A stretch of DNA of 52,150 nt from a virus (IMGVR_UViG_3300037200_000348:1-52150); one strand, 5' to 3'. Positions 26,901 to 36,636 are shown, counted from the stretch's first letter. The notes: generated from the letters alone by a model not told the origin. Program-made: numbers and translations.

Positions 26901-28876
26901 TGCTTCGGCCTCGTTCCAGCGCGCGGCTTATTGTTTGGGCCTTTACTATGCGGCCTCACCGTAACATTGACTTTTACGCCATGGGCAGTGACAGAGGCGG
27001 AGTCGCCATAGAGTGCGTGCATCGCCTGTTGTTCAGTCACAGGAGAGGTACCCTCTACCCTTGACATTGCGGCGACGACGCCAGCGAGTTGCGTAGGCGT
27101 GTAGTCGGCGATGGATTCATTTCGAGCAACACCCGACCAACTTTCAACGTCCTTGATATAATTTGCATGCGTAATCCCGCCCGGATATTCTTTGCCGGAC
27201 CATATCGGAATAAGCTGCTCAAGGGTTTTCGCGTTCCAGTCTTTCGGGTACTCCCCTATGCGCTTGGCTCCAGCGCGGATTCCTTCATCGAGCGTGGAGA
27301 AGCTCTCGCCCTTTCCATTGGTTCCTTCGAGGTCGAGCGGGTTATTCACCCACGGCTGCCCTTGAACGTCCTGCATGGCACGGGAAATGAATCCCGTCGC
27401 CGAGTTCCATGCGCCGCCTGCGCCCTTTTGAATCTTGTCTATAACGACGTTATCCGCATCATCGCTTTTGTTGAGCCAGTCGTTAAACTTACTGAGCGCA
27501 TCGCCCGCCGTCGCAGCGGCTCGCGAAAGCATCTCTATGGCCTTAGTCGTCTGAAGAAAGTCTGCGGCTCCTTTAAGTGTTGTTTCGCCGAAAGCCGTCA
27601 TGGAGTTCGCCACCTGAGCGAGCATGGCGTCTTTCATTCCGGCCGGGGTTTGCGCAAACTCGTCAGCCTGCCCGAGGCGCGTCGGTTTTCCGGCTTTATC
27701 GAAGTGTCGGAAGGCATCCTCGGGATGAGGCAAGCCCGCAAGAAGACGCAGTTGGTCTTGCGACACGCCCGCGCCGAGCATGCCCATGAGCCAGCCGTTG
27801 GAGTTGACGGGCCCGTACTCGCGCGAAACCTCGCGTGAGACTTTTTGCATATTTTGGCCATCGTTGCCCACGTTGCCGAGCAAGATATCGCGCGTCGAAA
27901 CTCCAGCGCGCAGCAAGAGACTCGCCTTACGGATATCGGAGTTCCCGCCGCCCACAAGCGCTTGCCCTGCGCCGAGGACGCCCTCGACGCCGCCTGCGGT
28001 CGCGTAGACGCCGCCGTTGCGCGCGATGGCGGACGTGAAGCCCGCAGCCCGTGAGGGGTCGAACGTCGAGCCGGACTGCCCGTACATCATCGTCTGCAAA
28101 ACCGACGTCGAGGTGCCGATGAACTCATCGAGACGGCGCCCGAGCGAGCCTGCGCGCTCTGCGCCCCCGAAGAGCGCCTCCGCGTTGCTATCGAAGTCCC
28201 CGCGACCGCCGGAAGCGGCCTGGAATGACCCCACCATGCCCCCCAGGCGCGTCGGGTCGAGTCCGTAGGCCCGGGCGTACCGGGCCATACTCGGCGCGGC
28301 GTCAGCGGTCTGATTGACGTTCGCGCCCGCGGTGCGCCCGTAGGTCTCCATTGCCGAGACCATCTCGTTTGCGGTGTAACCGTAGGGCTGGCCCTTGTAC
28401 GCCGCGCTCTGCAGCGTTTTCATATTCGTTTCGAGCGAGCCGCCAAAGCCGATCGAAAGCGCCGCTGCCGCTCGCGCCGAAGATTGCTCGAACTCGAAGG
28501 CCATCTTCAGGGCCATGCCGATGACACCGCCGACAGCTACAAGGAGGCTCGCAATGCCGACCGCGCCCACTGCGCCACCTAGAGGCCCGGCCAGGCCCGA
28601 GCCTTGCGTCGCAGCGACTGCGGTGCGCTGCAAGGTGCTGCCAATACCGCCGAGCGTCTGAGAGAAGCGCGTGGCCTCGGCACCGCTTGACCGATAGTTG
28701 CGAGCAAGGCGTTCGAGGGAATCGTTCTGTTTCGCGAGCCCCTCGGCGGCGCCCGCAGTCGGGCCTTTAACATCCGTACTTGTCTTCGAAAGCGCCTGTA
28801 ACGACGAAACAAGGGACTTGACTTTCTCGTCGGCCCCGTTGTCGTTAAGATTGAGTTCGAGCGAGACTTTAGCCAC
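26897..28876 (-). CDS. tape measure protein with C-terminal lysozyme-like domain
   Basis: Ala/Gly-rich helical; C-terminal NNPLDL...FSTLDEGIRA...NYIKDV...MSRVEG. Confidence 0.8.
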   Translation of the reverse strand: MAKVSLELNLNDNGADEKVKSLVSSLQALSKTSTDVKGPTAGAAEGLAKQNDSLERLARNYRSSGAEATRFSQTLGGIGSTLQRTAVAATQGSGLAGPLGGAVGAVGIASLLVAVGGVIGMALKMAFEFEQSSARAAAALSIGFGGSLETNMKTLQSAAYKGQPYGYTANEMVSAMETYGRTAGANVNQTADAAPSMARYARAYGLDPTRLGGMVGSFQAASGGRGDFDSNAEALFGGAERAGSLGRRLDEFIGTSTSVLQTMMYGQSGSTFDPSRAAGFTSAIARNGGVYATAGGVEGVLGAGQALVGGGNSDIRKASLLLRAGVSTRDILLGNVGNDGQNMQKVSREVSREYGPVNSNGWLMGMLGAGVSQDQLRLLAGLPHPEDAFRHFDKAGKPTRLGQADEFAQTPAGMKDAMLAQVANSMTAFGETTLKGAADFLQTTKAIEMLSRAAATAGDALSKFNDWLNKSDDADNVVIDKIQKGAGGAWNSATGFISRAMQDVQGQPWVNNPLDLEGTNGKGESFSTLDEGIRAGAKRIGEYPKDWNAKTLEQLIPIWSGKEYPGGITHANYIKDVESWSGVARNESIADYTPTQLAGVVAAMSRVEGTSPVTEQQAMHALYGDSASVTAHGVKVNVTVRPHSKGPNNKPRAGTRPKQ

Positions 28877-28879
28877 TGG

Positions 28880-29107
28880 CTACTTCTTTCGGCCCGTCAC
28901 CGCGTTGAGCATTTTATCGAAGAACTTCTCGTCGCCGCGGATAACCTTCGTGCCCTTCGCTTGTTTCTTGAGCGCGAACTCGCACTCCCAAAAGAGCGTG
29001 TAGTGGACATCCGTCCAGCGAGACGTCGGTATCGCCTGCCCCGCTATCTTGTGGGTCGCATGGAGGCCGGTGAGGTACCCGCCTACGTCATGCGACTGTA
29101 GTAAAAA
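28880..29107 (-). CDS. tail assembly chaperone, -1 frameshift extension
   Basis: Overlaps the end of 29083..29709 in the -1 frame at CGT TTT TAC. Confidence 0.55.
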   Translation of the reverse strand, partial: FLLQSHDVGGYLTGLHATHKIAGQAIPTSRWTDVHYTLFWECEFALKKQAKGTKVIRGDEKFFDKMLNAVTGRKK

Positions 29108-29709
29108 CGAATCTCGTCCGCACTCGGCGTCACCTGCGCCTTCCACTTTTGGTAGAGGTCCCAGAGCGGCTCGATTTCCTCGCTACGCACGTAGGGGTCA
29201 CGCTGTGCCATCCAGTTAATCTCATCGAGCTTCGGCCACTTGTCCGGGTCGTTGAGATGCGCTTGCAAAAGCTGGCCGCGCGGTGAGTTCTCTGGCACGC
29301 TCCCGTAGAGGCTCTTGAGAAGCTCGCCGACCATCATCGTGAGGTACTGGCCGCTTGTGATCGAGGTGCCGATTTCCACCGCCGCAAGGCGCTCGGTCTG
29401 CAGCGCCTCTTGCGCCGTAATACAGCGCCCCGCAAAGAGTTTGCCGCGCACCGCGAGCGCATAAACGGGCCCAGCAGTCTTGGGGTCGAGAAAGCGCGCG
29501 ACCTTCGTGAGTACCGCAGCTTGCGTCTCTTCGTCAGCGTCCGCGATGCCGCCAGTGAGCTTGCGCTCGCCATGCATGGTGATTTCGCGCGCATTCTCGG
29601 CCTTCGAGAGGTCGATTCCCTCGGCCATCTTGACCATCGCGGCGATTCCCGCCGCGAGTTTCTCTGGCGGCAGGTCAGGCTCGCTTGTCGGGGTGGCCTC
29701 TTTTACCAT
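29083..29709 (-). CDS. tail assembly chaperone
   Basis: Position upstream of tape measure with overlapping -1 ORF. Confidence 0.65.
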   Translation of the reverse strand: MVKEATPTSEPDLPPEKLAAGIAAMVKMAEGIDLSKAENAREITMHGERKLTGGIADADEETQAAVLTKVARFLDPKTAGPVYALAVRGKLFAGRCITAQEALQTERLAAVEIGTSITSGQYLTMMVGELLKSLYGSVPENSPRGQLLQAHLNDPDKWPKLDEINWMAQRDPYVRSEEIEPLWDLYQKWKAQVTPSADEIRFYYSRMT

Positions 29710-29750
29710 GCGCGCTTCTTTGACTTTATGGGGCGGAATCCTTGAGATTC

Positions 29751-29945
29751 CTAGACGGCACCGCCGGAATCGCCCTGCACGGGGTCGGGTTGAGGCGACG
29801 TCGTACCGGCCGCGAGCGCAGCTTTGGCTCGTTCAATTGTGGCGATTGTGGCGGCGGTTTGCGGTCCCGGCAGGGCCATCGTGACGGCGTCGATAAGCGC
29901 TGCGAACACTTTCGCGGAATCGGGGTCGATCATTTGGGCGCACAC
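29751..29945 (-). CDS. small hypothetical protein
   Basis: GAGGTG RBS; likely start MIDPDS. Confidence 0.5.
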   Translation of the reverse strand: MCAQMIDPDSAKVFAALIDAVTMALPGPQTAATIATIERAKAALAAGTTSPQPDPVQGDSGGAV

Positions 29946-30391
29946 ACCTCACCGCGAAACGTCGTGCGCGCGTCTTCGTCTGTTCCGTGAGTGAAGACCA
30001 CGTACGGGTCATTTCCAGGCCCGTGATGCGGCGCGAAGATGCGTTCGCCGCCGATGACGAAGAACTCGCATGCCTCATGGCGCTCGACAAGGAGACACTG
30101 GTCGAGGAGCCACTGCGTCCATGACTTCTTGTTGTAGGCCGCGGGAGGCACGAGCATGTAGTGCACGACGCGATAACGCGGCGGCTCATCGAGGTGGTGG
30201 CTGTTATAGCCCATCGTCGTGATGGAAAGCGTGAGGCCCGCCGAACCTTGTCCCCGGTCGACGTGTTCGAGGTCGAACGTCCAACCGGGGCGATACTTCA
30301 ACTTCGCGACGAGGTCCGCGAGAATCTGCGGATACGGGGCCGTTTGCGTCATCGTCTCGGGCGACATAGGAAAGCTCGTCGCGTCGTTCAT
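29930..30391 (-). CDS. hypothetical phage protein
   Basis: LKYRPGW...VERHEACEFF...FAPHH. Confidence 0.7.
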   Translation of the reverse strand: MNDATSFPMSPETMTQTAPYPQILADLVAKLKYRPGWTFDLEHVDRGQGSAGLTLSITTMGYNSHHLDEPPRYRVVHYMLVPPAAYNKKSWTQWLLDQCLLVERHEACEFFVIGGERIFAPHHGPGNDPYVVFTHGTDEDARTTFRGEVCAPK

Positions 30392-30744
30392 TTGAGGGGG
30401 CTCGTGGTGTCGTCGAGCATCTGAAGCTCGCCGTTGTGAACAAAGAAGTGGCAGTGAGGCTCACTACCGACGTCCGTTACGACCGATGGGTCGAAGTGCA
30501 CTGGGCTTTCCGACGAAAGCGTCCAGGACGCGCCGTTCGAGAACGCGTAGGGCGCAAGGGCGGCGAGGTGTCGCGCTCCGCACGCGCAGTGAACGCCAAG
30601 GTATGGTCCGTGCGACCAGTCTGGGTTATTGGCATCCTCGAAACGAGGAACCCGAAACACGTCGCCGATTTCACTCGGAGGATTGGCGGCATAGACGTCG
30701 CCGTACGCGACCTCTCCGACGAACCGGGCGGGATAGGTTTTCAC
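30388..30744 (-). CDS. DUF6527-like Zn-binding protein
   Basis: HCACG...W...DPSV...HCHFFVHNG. Confidence 0.6.
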   Translation of the reverse strand: MKTYPARFVGEVAYGDVYAANPPSEIGDVFRVPRFEDANNPDWSHGPYLGVHCACGARHLAALAPYAFSNGASWTLSSESPVHFDPSVVTDVGSEPHCHFFVHNGELQMLDDTTSPLK

Positions 30745-31628
30745 GTATGCTTCGTTTTGCGTCCGTCGACCGTCTTCCCGCCATTCGCGAGCGTCGCGCG
30801 GCGCGCGTTGGCCGCCGCGTCGCCCACCTTACTGCAAGGGACGCATAACCCTGGTCCGTCGATGGGGTGCAGTTTATTTCGGCAGAGCGGTCCGTACGTG
30901 CGAGGACGCGGGTTGCCATCGGCATCGACCCACCGCGTCGCGCGCTCGCCCGTTTTCCGCTTGTCGGGAATCTCTCCACGATACGCGCGCGGGCGCTGAT
31001 CGTTACCGCGCTTAACGCGGTCGCGATTGCACTCCTCGCACTTCCCTGGAGTCTTTGGGTGCAGGCCGTTGTTACAAAGGCCGGTCTGCGGCTTAGGGAT
31101 GTATCCCTTAACGACGCCGTGCCTCTTGCGGTCTGGCCGCAATTCATTCGCCCGCCGCATCGCGCTTTCGCGCTTGTGCTTTCGATGTTCGTCGGGATTT
31201 TCTTGAACCCACATCTTGCATGCGACGCGATGACCGGGAAGGCTGCATTCGCGGCATTGCCGTTGCCCTTCCACCCACGCATGCTTGCCGCTCATGCACT
31301 TCGTCGGGTCGGGTCGGAACTGACCGCCACCCGCAATAAACGCGATGTTGTATTCGGGCTCGTACGCTTCGAGAAACGCCTGCTCCCAAGCGAGGAGGTC
31401 GGCCTTGTCGTCAACCACTTCGAGGATGCGAAAAACAAACTCGCTCTCGCCCGATTTATTCCACGCGTTCTGAAGGTACCGCGAATGGTGACGGTTGTGG
31501 CGGAGTTCTTTTTTGTGCAGCCACCATCGCGACGAAAATCTCGTAGCACTGCCGATGTAACGCTTGCCGGTCGCGAGATTGACTATCTCGTAAATGCCTG
31601 ACAACGAAAGACCCTGGTTTTGTTTCAC
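30741..31628 (-). CDS. GIY-YIG homing endonuclease with Cys/His C-terminal repeats
   Basis: SGIYEIVN..TGKRYIGSA, LQNAWNK, EQ.FL...PEYN; three CxxxH...CxxC units. Confidence 0.9.
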   Translation of the reverse strand: MKQNQGLSLSGIYEIVNLATGKRYIGSATRFSSRWWLHKKELRHNRHHSRYLQNAWNKSGESEFVFRILEVVDDKADLLAWEQAFLEAYEPEYNIAFIAGGGQFRPDPTKCMSGKHAWVEGQRQCRECSLPGHRVACKMWVQENPDEHRKHKRESAMRRANELRPDRKRHGVVKGYIPKPQTGLCNNGLHPKTPGKCEECNRDRVKRGNDQRPRAYRGEIPDKRKTGERATRWVDADGNPRPRTYGPLCRNKLHPIDGPGLCVPCSKVGDAAANARRATLANGGKTVDGRKTKHT

Positions 31629-31691
31629 CAGGGTCTTATATCATGGTTAACGGCTTTGCGTCAAGAACGAAGCCTTATTGCGACGGCATTC

Positions 31692-32216
31692 TCACGCGTT
31701 CACGTCCGACCAGCGGCACATTAACGAGGCGTCGTCCATTATGATGACACCTTCTATTTCGACCGCACGGCGCAGCGTCGTGAGGACGCAGTCGTGATAC
31801 GCTCCTAGCATTTGATTGTTATTGTCGAGCAGCACGATGTTGAAGTAGAACTGCGTGAAGTCAGGCGACGCCTGGTAGAGTCCGACGACGGGGCGAATGC
31901 CGCCACCGAGCGCCGACTCTAGGCTTTGGCCGAAGATGAACGCTTTCGAGATGGTTGCGGTCGCTTCATACACGCCGGGAATCATCGCTACAGAGATGGC
32001 TGAACCGATCGCCTTGACGCGCTGTACGTTGAAGTTTTCGTCGACGTTGAGCGAGCGGATGAGGCCTTGAACTATGCCCTTCGAGACGATCGCCATATTA
32101 ACGGCGGTCGTGGTGTTTTTTGGATTCGGTTGCGCGCTCGAAGAGAAGGCGCCCGGCAGGTTGATGTTGCCGACTGCGGCTCCGATGGCAGACTGAAGAC
32201 CTGCGAAGCCGCTCAT
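31692..32216 (-). CDS. tail tube protein
   Basis: 174 aa directly downstream of sheath. Confidence 0.75.
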   Translation of the reverse strand: MSGFAGLQSAIGAAVGNINLPGAFSSSAQPNPKNTTTAVNMAIVSKGIVQGLIRSLNVDENFNVQRVKAIGSAISVAMIPGVYEATATISKAFIFGQSLESALGGGIRPVVGLYQASPDFTQFYFNIVLLDNNNQMLGAYHDCVLTTLRRAVEIEGVIIMDDASLMCRWSDVNA

Positions 32217-33817
32217 TAGTTGCCGTTCACTGTTCCGCCGATGCTAACCGGCACTTGGAAGGGCTCGAATGTTTGGTCGAGACCCAAGTGATTGATGGGG
32301 AGAACAGGGTTCGCGCCGTACGCGACGATGAAGTCGTTGCCGGTCGTGCCGACGGGCGTGATCGAGATGGAGGCCTGACTGAAGCTCACTATCCAGTTGT
32401 CGTTGAGCGCCTGCTGGATGAGGTCGTAGACGACGGTGAGCGCGTACACGAGACTCATGGGAGTCCCGCCGGTACCGATGACCTTCGGATTGTTCGATTC
32501 AAGCGCGCCCTTGATATTCGCCTGAAGCGCGTCGGAGCACCGTTGCACGGAGACCTCTGCGAAGTACCACGGGTTGCCGCTGGCGTCGTTGGGCTGCGTG
32601 GTAACCGATTGCACGATGCGCACGGAGCCGAGTCCGTTGTAGTTCACGCGCTCGAAGACGACGAGGCCGCCCGCAACCGCGAGGTCCATGTCGCCCGTTG
32701 TGCGCAACACTTGATAGTCGACGCTCGCGACGGTCGCCGGGTATTCGTACGTCAGCGGCGATGACGGGCCATTCGGTCCCGTAGCGCCGATGAGCGCGAG
32801 AAGCCCGGCATACACCCATGCGCCATCGACCAGCGTCGATTGGCCGGTGGCGACATTGAGCGCGAGCACTTGCTGCGCGCACATAGAAGAGCGCCGCGAA
32901 TTGAGTGCGGCTGCCGCTGCCGTTCCCGATGCGACGACCGCAGCCGAGTTCTGTACCTTCGTTTGGGTCGCGCTCGCGCCCGAGACCTGGCACTGATGCA
33001 CCCATGAGCGAAGATAGCCGAGCGTCGCGACTTGCTGCGCCTGACCGTCCGCATAGGCCTGTGAGGGCCCGTCGTACGCGCCGACGAGGTGCCCGATATC
33101 GAAGGGAACGTCGATGAGCGAGTCGATCGCTTGTTGGTAGTCGGAGAAGGCGAGCGTCTGCGTTCCGCCGCCGGTGCCGCCGGAGAGCGTCACGAAGCCC
33201 GACGTAATCGTCAGCGCCGTACTGCCGTTAAACCCGTTCGGAACGAAGAGCGTGAACAATGGCTGATAGCCAGTACCAGCAGCCGGAGTCATGAGCGAGT
33301 CTGCCTGCATGACCGTGATGAGGTTGTTGATGTTCGCGATGTTGTCGTACTTGGTGCCGATGCCGCCGATGTAGTTGACGTTCCCGTTCGAATCTACGTA
33401 CCGGAAGGTAACGGCGGAATTGGTCGTTCCCGCGGTCACCTTGTAGGCGAACTGATTCGTGTACGACCCAGCATCACCCGCGGTCAGGGTGCCTTTGCCC
33501 GGAGACGTGCAAGCGATGGTTCCCGACGCCGGAGTCTTTGTTCCAGCGGTGACCGCGACGAATCCCGAAGCGCCTCCCAAGGAAGCCGCCGTCTGGAGCG
33601 CGGTGAGGAGCGGGCCGTTTCGAAGAATACGCTGCGCGACCGTGATGTCGGTGAACCGGTACGCGGCGCCGCTCCCGAGGCCGCCATCCGACGCCCCGAC
33701 CATACAAATCGTGCCGAACGGAAGAAGCTGCAGGACGCGATTCGCGCTCACGGTCGATCGCAGCAAGAATCCCGGCGCGATGATGCTCGCGCCGTTGAAG
33801 GTAAAGACGTCAGCCAT
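32216..33817 (-). CDS. contractile tail sheath protein
   Basis: FNG..I.APG N-terminus; SPLTY; VRIVQSVTT...EVSVQRCSD; PINH. Confidence 0.9.
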   Translation of the reverse strand: MADVFTFNGASIIAPGFLLRSTVSANRVLQLLPFGTICMVGASDGGLGSGAAYRFTDITVAQRILRNGPLLTALQTAASLGGASGFVAVTAGTKTPASGTIACTSPGKGTLTAGDAGSYTNQFAYKVTAGTTNSAVTFRYVDSNGNVNYIGGIGTKYDNIANINNLITVMQADSLMTPAAGTGYQPLFTLFVPNGFNGSTALTITSGFVTLSGGTGGGTQTLAFSDYQQAIDSLIDVPFDIGHLVGAYDGPSQAYADGQAQQVATLGYLRSWVHQCQVSGASATQTKVQNSAAVVASGTAAAAALNSRRSSMCAQQVLALNVATGQSTLVDGAWVYAGLLALIGATGPNGPSSPLTYEYPATVASVDYQVLRTTGDMDLAVAGGLVVFERVNYNGLGSVRIVQSVTTQPNDASGNPWYFAEVSVQRCSDALQANIKGALESNNPKVIGTGGTPMSLVYALTVVYDLIQQALNDNWIVSFSQASISITPVGTTGNDFIVAYGANPVLPINHLGLDQTFEPFQVPVSIGGTVNGN

Positions 33818-34130
33818 CGTTCTCTCCCGTTAGCTCAGCGAGCTTCGCCTTGAACTCGGCTTCCGATCGCAAATCGTTGTCGTGATGCGTGATCTTCATG
33901 TGAACGCGCAGGGCATTGGCCAAGGGAAAGCTGCCGCCCGGAAGGCTGTGCGAGAACTCCTTGAACGACATGCCGGACACGCTCTGGCTTTGGGCCTCCG
34001 CGGACGCCGGTTCGTCCGGGGCGGTGTACTGCTCTGAGGACGCCGGTTCGTCCGGGGCGGTGTACTGCTCTGAGGACGCCGGTTCGTCCGGGGCGGTGTA
34101 CTGCTCTGACTCATCGGCCACGGATTCCAA
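33810..34130 (-). CDS. small hypothetical protein with 12-aa repeats
   Basis: AAGGGGAG RBS; (SEQYTAPDEPAS)3. Confidence 0.65.
   Translation of the reverse strand: MESVADESEQYTAPDEPASSEQYTAPDEPASSEQYTAPDEPASAEAQSQSVSGMSFKEFSHSLPGGSFPLANALRVHMKITHHDNDLRSEAEFKAKLAELTGENDG
34002..34109. repeat. 3 x 36 bp perfect tandem repeat
   Basis: GGACGCCGGTTCGTCCGGGGCGGTGTACTGCTCTGA x3, no spacers. Confidence 0.95.
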
Positions 34131-34150
34131 AAGCCACTCCCCTTAAAAAG

Positions 34151-34915
34151 CTAGACGTCCACGGGCGGAAGCGTGTCGCTTTCCCCCGAGATTCCGCTCA
34201 CGGTCAGTTGCTCCTTTACGAGGTTGATGATTTGCACCACACCGCCGATAAAATCGTAGTGCTGGGCCGAGTAGGTCAACAGCCGCTCGAAGACCAGAAA
34301 CTCACCGCCAGGGTGATCGAGATTCAAGCTCGTCGAGTGCGACCCACTGGTCCGGATGGGTGCCTTGATGTACCCAAGCTGCTTCATGAAGACCGTTTGG
34401 GCCGCAGCCTGCATGAGGACTTTAACAGTCAAATAAATTTGGTTCGCGCGCTGCTCGTTCACGTCGAATATCCAAATATCGACCGTGACATTGGACGCCT
34501 CGTTTTTCAGGAGCACCTGCGCCTCGTCGGGAATCGCTCCCACATCGACCAGTTGCTCGCCGTCGTTGACGAAGAACCCCGTAACGGTCCCGATACCCAC
34601 GCGCTCCGCGGAGTCCGAGCCGAGGTTCACCACGATCGTCGGGCGATTCGTAAACTTTCCGTCATCCGACCGCAACATCGACGTGCGGAATGCGCCGTTC
34701 GTAATGACCGGAATCTGCTCTCCCGTAATGCCGTAAATCGCAAGCCCTTGCTGCAACACCACGGCGACGTCGTATTGCGCCGAACGCGGTACCGGCCAAA
34801 TAACGCTCGTTCCGTCGGCAGCCGTGAGGTCCTGATTGATCTGCGTATCGTCAATGAGGGGAACGTGGGGCGCGATTGCCAGCGTCGCCCCCGATGAAGC
34901 AACCCCGACGCTCAC
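34151..34915 (-). CDS. tail completion/terminator protein
   Basis: Position between neck gene and sheath; P.IVV...IDIW pattern. Confidence 0.55.
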   Translation of the reverse strand: MSVGVASSGATLAIAPHVPLIDDTQINQDLTAADGTSVIWPVPRSAQYDVAVVLQQGLAIYGITGEQIPVITNGAFRTSMLRSDDGKFTNRPTIVVNLGSDSAERVGIGTVTGFFVNDGEQLVDVGAIPDEAQVLLKNEASNVTVDIWIFDVNEQRANQIYLTVKVLMQAAAQTVFMKQLGYIKAPIRTSGSHSTSLNLDHPGGEFLVFERLLTYSAQHYDFIGGVVQIINLVKEQLTVSGISGESDTLPPVDV

Positions 34916-35502
34916 GTGACGGCCCGCTCAATCGCGCGACGTAGAATCTCGTCTATGCCAGCCGAGAAGAGTGGTTCGATGTATTCGCCCGCGGCGGCCA
35001 TGAATGGGCGCGGCTGGGCGGCAGGGATAATCCAGCCCTTCGTGTTCGGACCGATGCGACGAAAGGCGATTGTCTCGACTTTCGATTTGCGCCCCGTCGA
35101 TGCGCGAAGGCGCCGCGACGTCGCGCGCGGGTTCCCACCCCTCACAGGAAGCGGGATGGTCTTGCCCATGAGGTACGGCTTCATGTCGAACGCCGGGTGG
35201 CCTTCCTCGACGTAACTCGCATAGTTCGCCTCATTGACGATGATCGAAGAAAGCGCGTTCGGGTACGTGACGCGAAAGCTACGCGCGAGCTTGCCGGTGC
35301 GGCGATAGATGAGAAAGAAGTTCCCTTTGAACATCGACTCGACGCCCGAGACGTTTTGCACCGCACGCGCGTGCGCCATCTCTGTGTACTTACGAATGCC
35401 GCCCTTCACGTCGCTAAGCGTCGTGAGGCCATCCTTGAGCGCCGCGGTGATATCGTCAACGCCGGTCACTTTCGCGGAAACTTCGATGCGGACGTCGCCC
35501 AT
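34912..35502 (-). CDS. HK97 gp10-like neck protein
   Basis: RTGKLARS, A.YASYVEEG, PRPFM. Confidence 0.8.
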   Translation of the reverse strand: MGDVRIEVSAKVTGVDDITAALKDGLTTLSDVKGGIRKYTEMAHARAVQNVSGVESMFKGNFFLIYRRTGKLARSFRVTYPNALSSIIVNEANYASYVEEGHPAFDMKPYLMGKTIPLPVRGGNPRATSRRLRASTGRKSKVETIAFRRIGPNTKGWIIPAAQPRPFMAAAGEYIEPLFSAGIDEILRRAIERAVT

Positions 35503-35503
35503 A

Positions 35504-36013
35504 TCAGTAGGTCTCTTTCGCGACAAGGATGCGCCACGCAAACGTGATGTTCGAGTCGACCAGCGGCACGGGAACAGCCTTTGCGACATAGGGCACGCCG
35601 CCGATAATGAAGCGGTCGAATGTCACTGTCGTCTGGCCACGAATCACCGCGAACTTCCCGTTGTTGTAGGCGTCGAGAAGCGCTGGGGGCAGCGCCCCGA
35701 TGCAGCCCGCTCCATCGGGAGCAAATGGGACCGCGACGGTGAGTTGCGCGTCGCCCGCTTCAACGATTCCCCACTGCATGAATGCTGATGAAGAAACTTT
35801 TCCACTAAAGTATGCTCGAATGGGAAAGAAGGCTGCGTAGCCCTCCTCCATCGCGCCCTCGTTGCGCGGGCCGGTTCCGATGCCCGCAAGCCCGGTCGAC
35901 TTCGGCCCTTGCGTGACCGTGTTCATATTCGCTGCGGGAACAGGGGATGCGTGCGCCCATTGGACGACGCTCCCCCGCCGTGAGATGAGCCCCCGAACCG
36001 CGTCAGCGTTCAT
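35504..36013 (-). CDS. head closure/stopper protein
   Basis: LISRRG..V.W; G....GDA; FDRFII; position. Confidence 0.55.
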   Translation of the reverse strand: MNADAVRGLISRRGSVVQWAHASPVPAANMNTVTQGPKSTGLAGIGTGPRNEGAMEEGYAAFFPIRAYFSGKVSSSAFMQWGIVEAGDAQLTVAVPFAPDGAGCIGALPPALLDAYNNGKFAVIRGQTTVTFDRFIIGGVPYVAKAVPVPLVDSNITFAWRILVAKETY

Positions 36014-36019
36014 AGGGGA

Positions 36020-36523
36020 CTAGCTTTCGAGTTCGGCTGCCTTCCGGGCCTTTACTTCAGACGAAGCCTTGCGACGTTCGAGCGCCGCGAGGGCTGCTGC
36101 GCGCTCGTCTTCGATGAGTTTAGCACCAGCCGCTGCCTGCGGCTCGCTCGTGGCGACGTTGCCGGAGCGTAGTGGGGCCGTGAAGACGCCATGGCGCTTC
36201 ATGTCGTGATCGACGGGCATCGGATACGGCAATCCCGCCGGATACCAGTACGTCGGGTCGCCAGCGGCCTCGCAAGCCTTGTTCTCGACCGACTCCACGA
36301 GAAACTTACATTCCTCGGGCGTCATGTAACACTCCCAGTTGAGGAACTGGCGCTCGAAGTCGACCTGCTGGACGGTCGTCTTACCGTCGGTCGTTACCTC
36401 TTCCCACATGCGTTGCGTCTTCGCGCGCACCTCGCGGTACTTCGATCGTACCAGAATCTTGACGGGCGTCTCTTCCGCCGATTGCGCGTCGAGAATGTCT
36501 GACGCACTAGCTTCCTTCACCAT
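36020..36523 (-). CDS. hypothetical virion-module protein
   Basis: GGAGG RBS; position. Confidence 0.6.
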   Translation of the reverse strand: MVKEASASDILDAQSAEETPVKILVRSKYREVRAKTQRMWEEVTTDGKTTVQQVDFERQFLNWECYMTPEECKFLVESVENKACEAAGDPTYWYPAGLPYPMPVDHDMKRHGVFTAPLRSGNVATSEPQAAAGAKLIEDERAAALAALERRKASSEVKARKAAELES

Positions 36524-36607
36524 GCAGGCCTCCGGGTTTTCTTTGGAAAGTCAGTGGATTCCCCGCCCCGCCTGCGCGAGCCTTTTGAAAAACATCGCCA
36601 TCCCGAC

Positions 36608-36636
36608 TTGCTATTTACTGCTCGCTGATATATAAT
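36608..36636 (+). promoter_or_regulatory. early promoter with GCTCGCT motif driving the methyltransferase cassette
   Basis: TTGCTA-tttactgctcgctgata(17)-TATAAT then actggtggaggaaaac, almost identical to the 1220 leader. Confidence 0.85.

Noticed and set aside
34002-34109. 36-bp repeats as a CRISPR array
   Set aside because: Directly abutting with no spacers, in frame within a CDS, no cas genes
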